This document shows positions 46,684 to 47,196 of a stretch of 47,196 nt of DNA, piece after piece. The stretch spans positions 1 through 47,196 of IMG/VR virus record IMGVR_UViG_3300044477_000031. One strand, written 5' to 3'. This stretch comes from a virus (taxonomy: Duplodnaviria; Caudoviricetes). Positions within the stretch are counted from its first letter, which is position 1. Each line of letters starts with the position of its first letter. The notes under the pieces were generated by a model. The model did not search any database. It was given only the letters and a program-made list of their open reading frames with translations, and was not told the origin of the DNA. Both the position numbers and the translations under genes were made by a program.

Positions 46684-47196
46684 TTAATCGACTATCCATT
46701 CGACGAACTTGCCGCCCTTGAGCTGGTAGAACGTGTTGGCCTTGATGGTCTTTCCGTCAACCTTCTCGGTTTTGACGCAAAGGATCTCCCCGTCATCGTT
46801 TCGCTCGGTTACGACAATCCAGCAACCGAGAGAGCCACGAGCCTTGCCTTCGTATCCGGTTGCGATGGCTACGGAGTCCTTGCCGGAAACGGTAGCCGCT
46901 GACCAGTTGCCCGTGTTGGTGGCCGCTGACTGGTCGCCCGTGTTGGTGGCCGCTGACTGGTCGCCCGTGTTGGTGGCCGCTGACTGGTAGCCCGTGTTGG
47001 TAGCCGCTGACTGGTTGCCCGTGTTGGTGGCCGCTGACTGGTAGCCCGTGTTGGTGGCCGCTGACTGGTAGCCCGTGTTGGTAGCCGCTGACTGGTTGCC
47101 CGTGTTGGTGGCCGCTGACCGGTAGCCCGTGTTGGTGGCCGCTGACTGGTTGCCCGTGTTGGTGGCCGCTGACTGGTCGCCCGTGTTGGTGGCCGC
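46684..47196 (-). CDS. C-terminal part of the same repeat protein
   Basis: Repeats followed by ...SAATVSGKDSVAIATGYEGKARGSLGCWIVVTERNDDGEILCVKTEKVDGKTIKANTFYQLKGGKFVEWIVD*; TAA at 46684-46686. Confidence 0.85.
   Translation of the reverse strand, partial: AATNTGDQSAATNTGNQSAATNTGYRSAATNTGNQSAATNTGYQSAATNTGYQSAATNTGNQSAATNTGYQSAATNTGDQSAATNTGDQSAATNTGNWSAATVSGKDSVAIATGYEGKARGSLGCWIVVTERNDDGEILCVKTEKVDGKTIKANTFYQLKGGKFVEWIVD
46903..47196. repeat. 27-bp coding tandem repeat, about 11 units
   Basis: Same unit as 1-259; 47098-47196 is identical to 7-105. Confidence 0.97.

Noticed and set aside
46903-47196. Diversity-generating retroelement (AAC/TAC/GAC variation in the repeats)
   Set aside because: No reverse transcriptase or TR/VR pair was found, and some changes are not at adenines.

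Overview
A probably complete, circularly permuted ~47 kb siphovirus-type phage genome. Both window ends fall inside one gene carrying a 27-bp tandem repeat, and bases 7-105 match the last 99 bases. Minus strand: terminase, portal, head, tail and lysis genes (43.2-16.3 kb) and an early/replication operon (11.3-0.6 kb: SGNH lipoprotein, DNA methyltransferase, Rep with iterons, DnaC-like loader, DnaB, RuvC-like resolvase, HNH). Plus strand: a recombination operon (Sak4-like, PD-(D/E)XK nuclease, SSB-like, NinB-like). I recognised no integrase, reverse transcriptase or full CI repressor. The most unusual content is (1) an integrase-less array of three integron-like cassettes inside the head module, with attC-like sites and a shared leader hairpin; (2) two C4-type antisense/target RNA switches, one upstream of a highly structured ~230-nt non-coding RNA; (3) tRNA-like RNAs with the anticodon arm replaced or degenerate, beside one tRNA-Thr; (4) a lysis cassette with a circularly permuted M23 endolysin, a lipase and a u-spanin-like lipoprotein. 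All protein calls come from motif recognition and gene order, not database searches. A diderm (possibly spirochaete) host is inference only.
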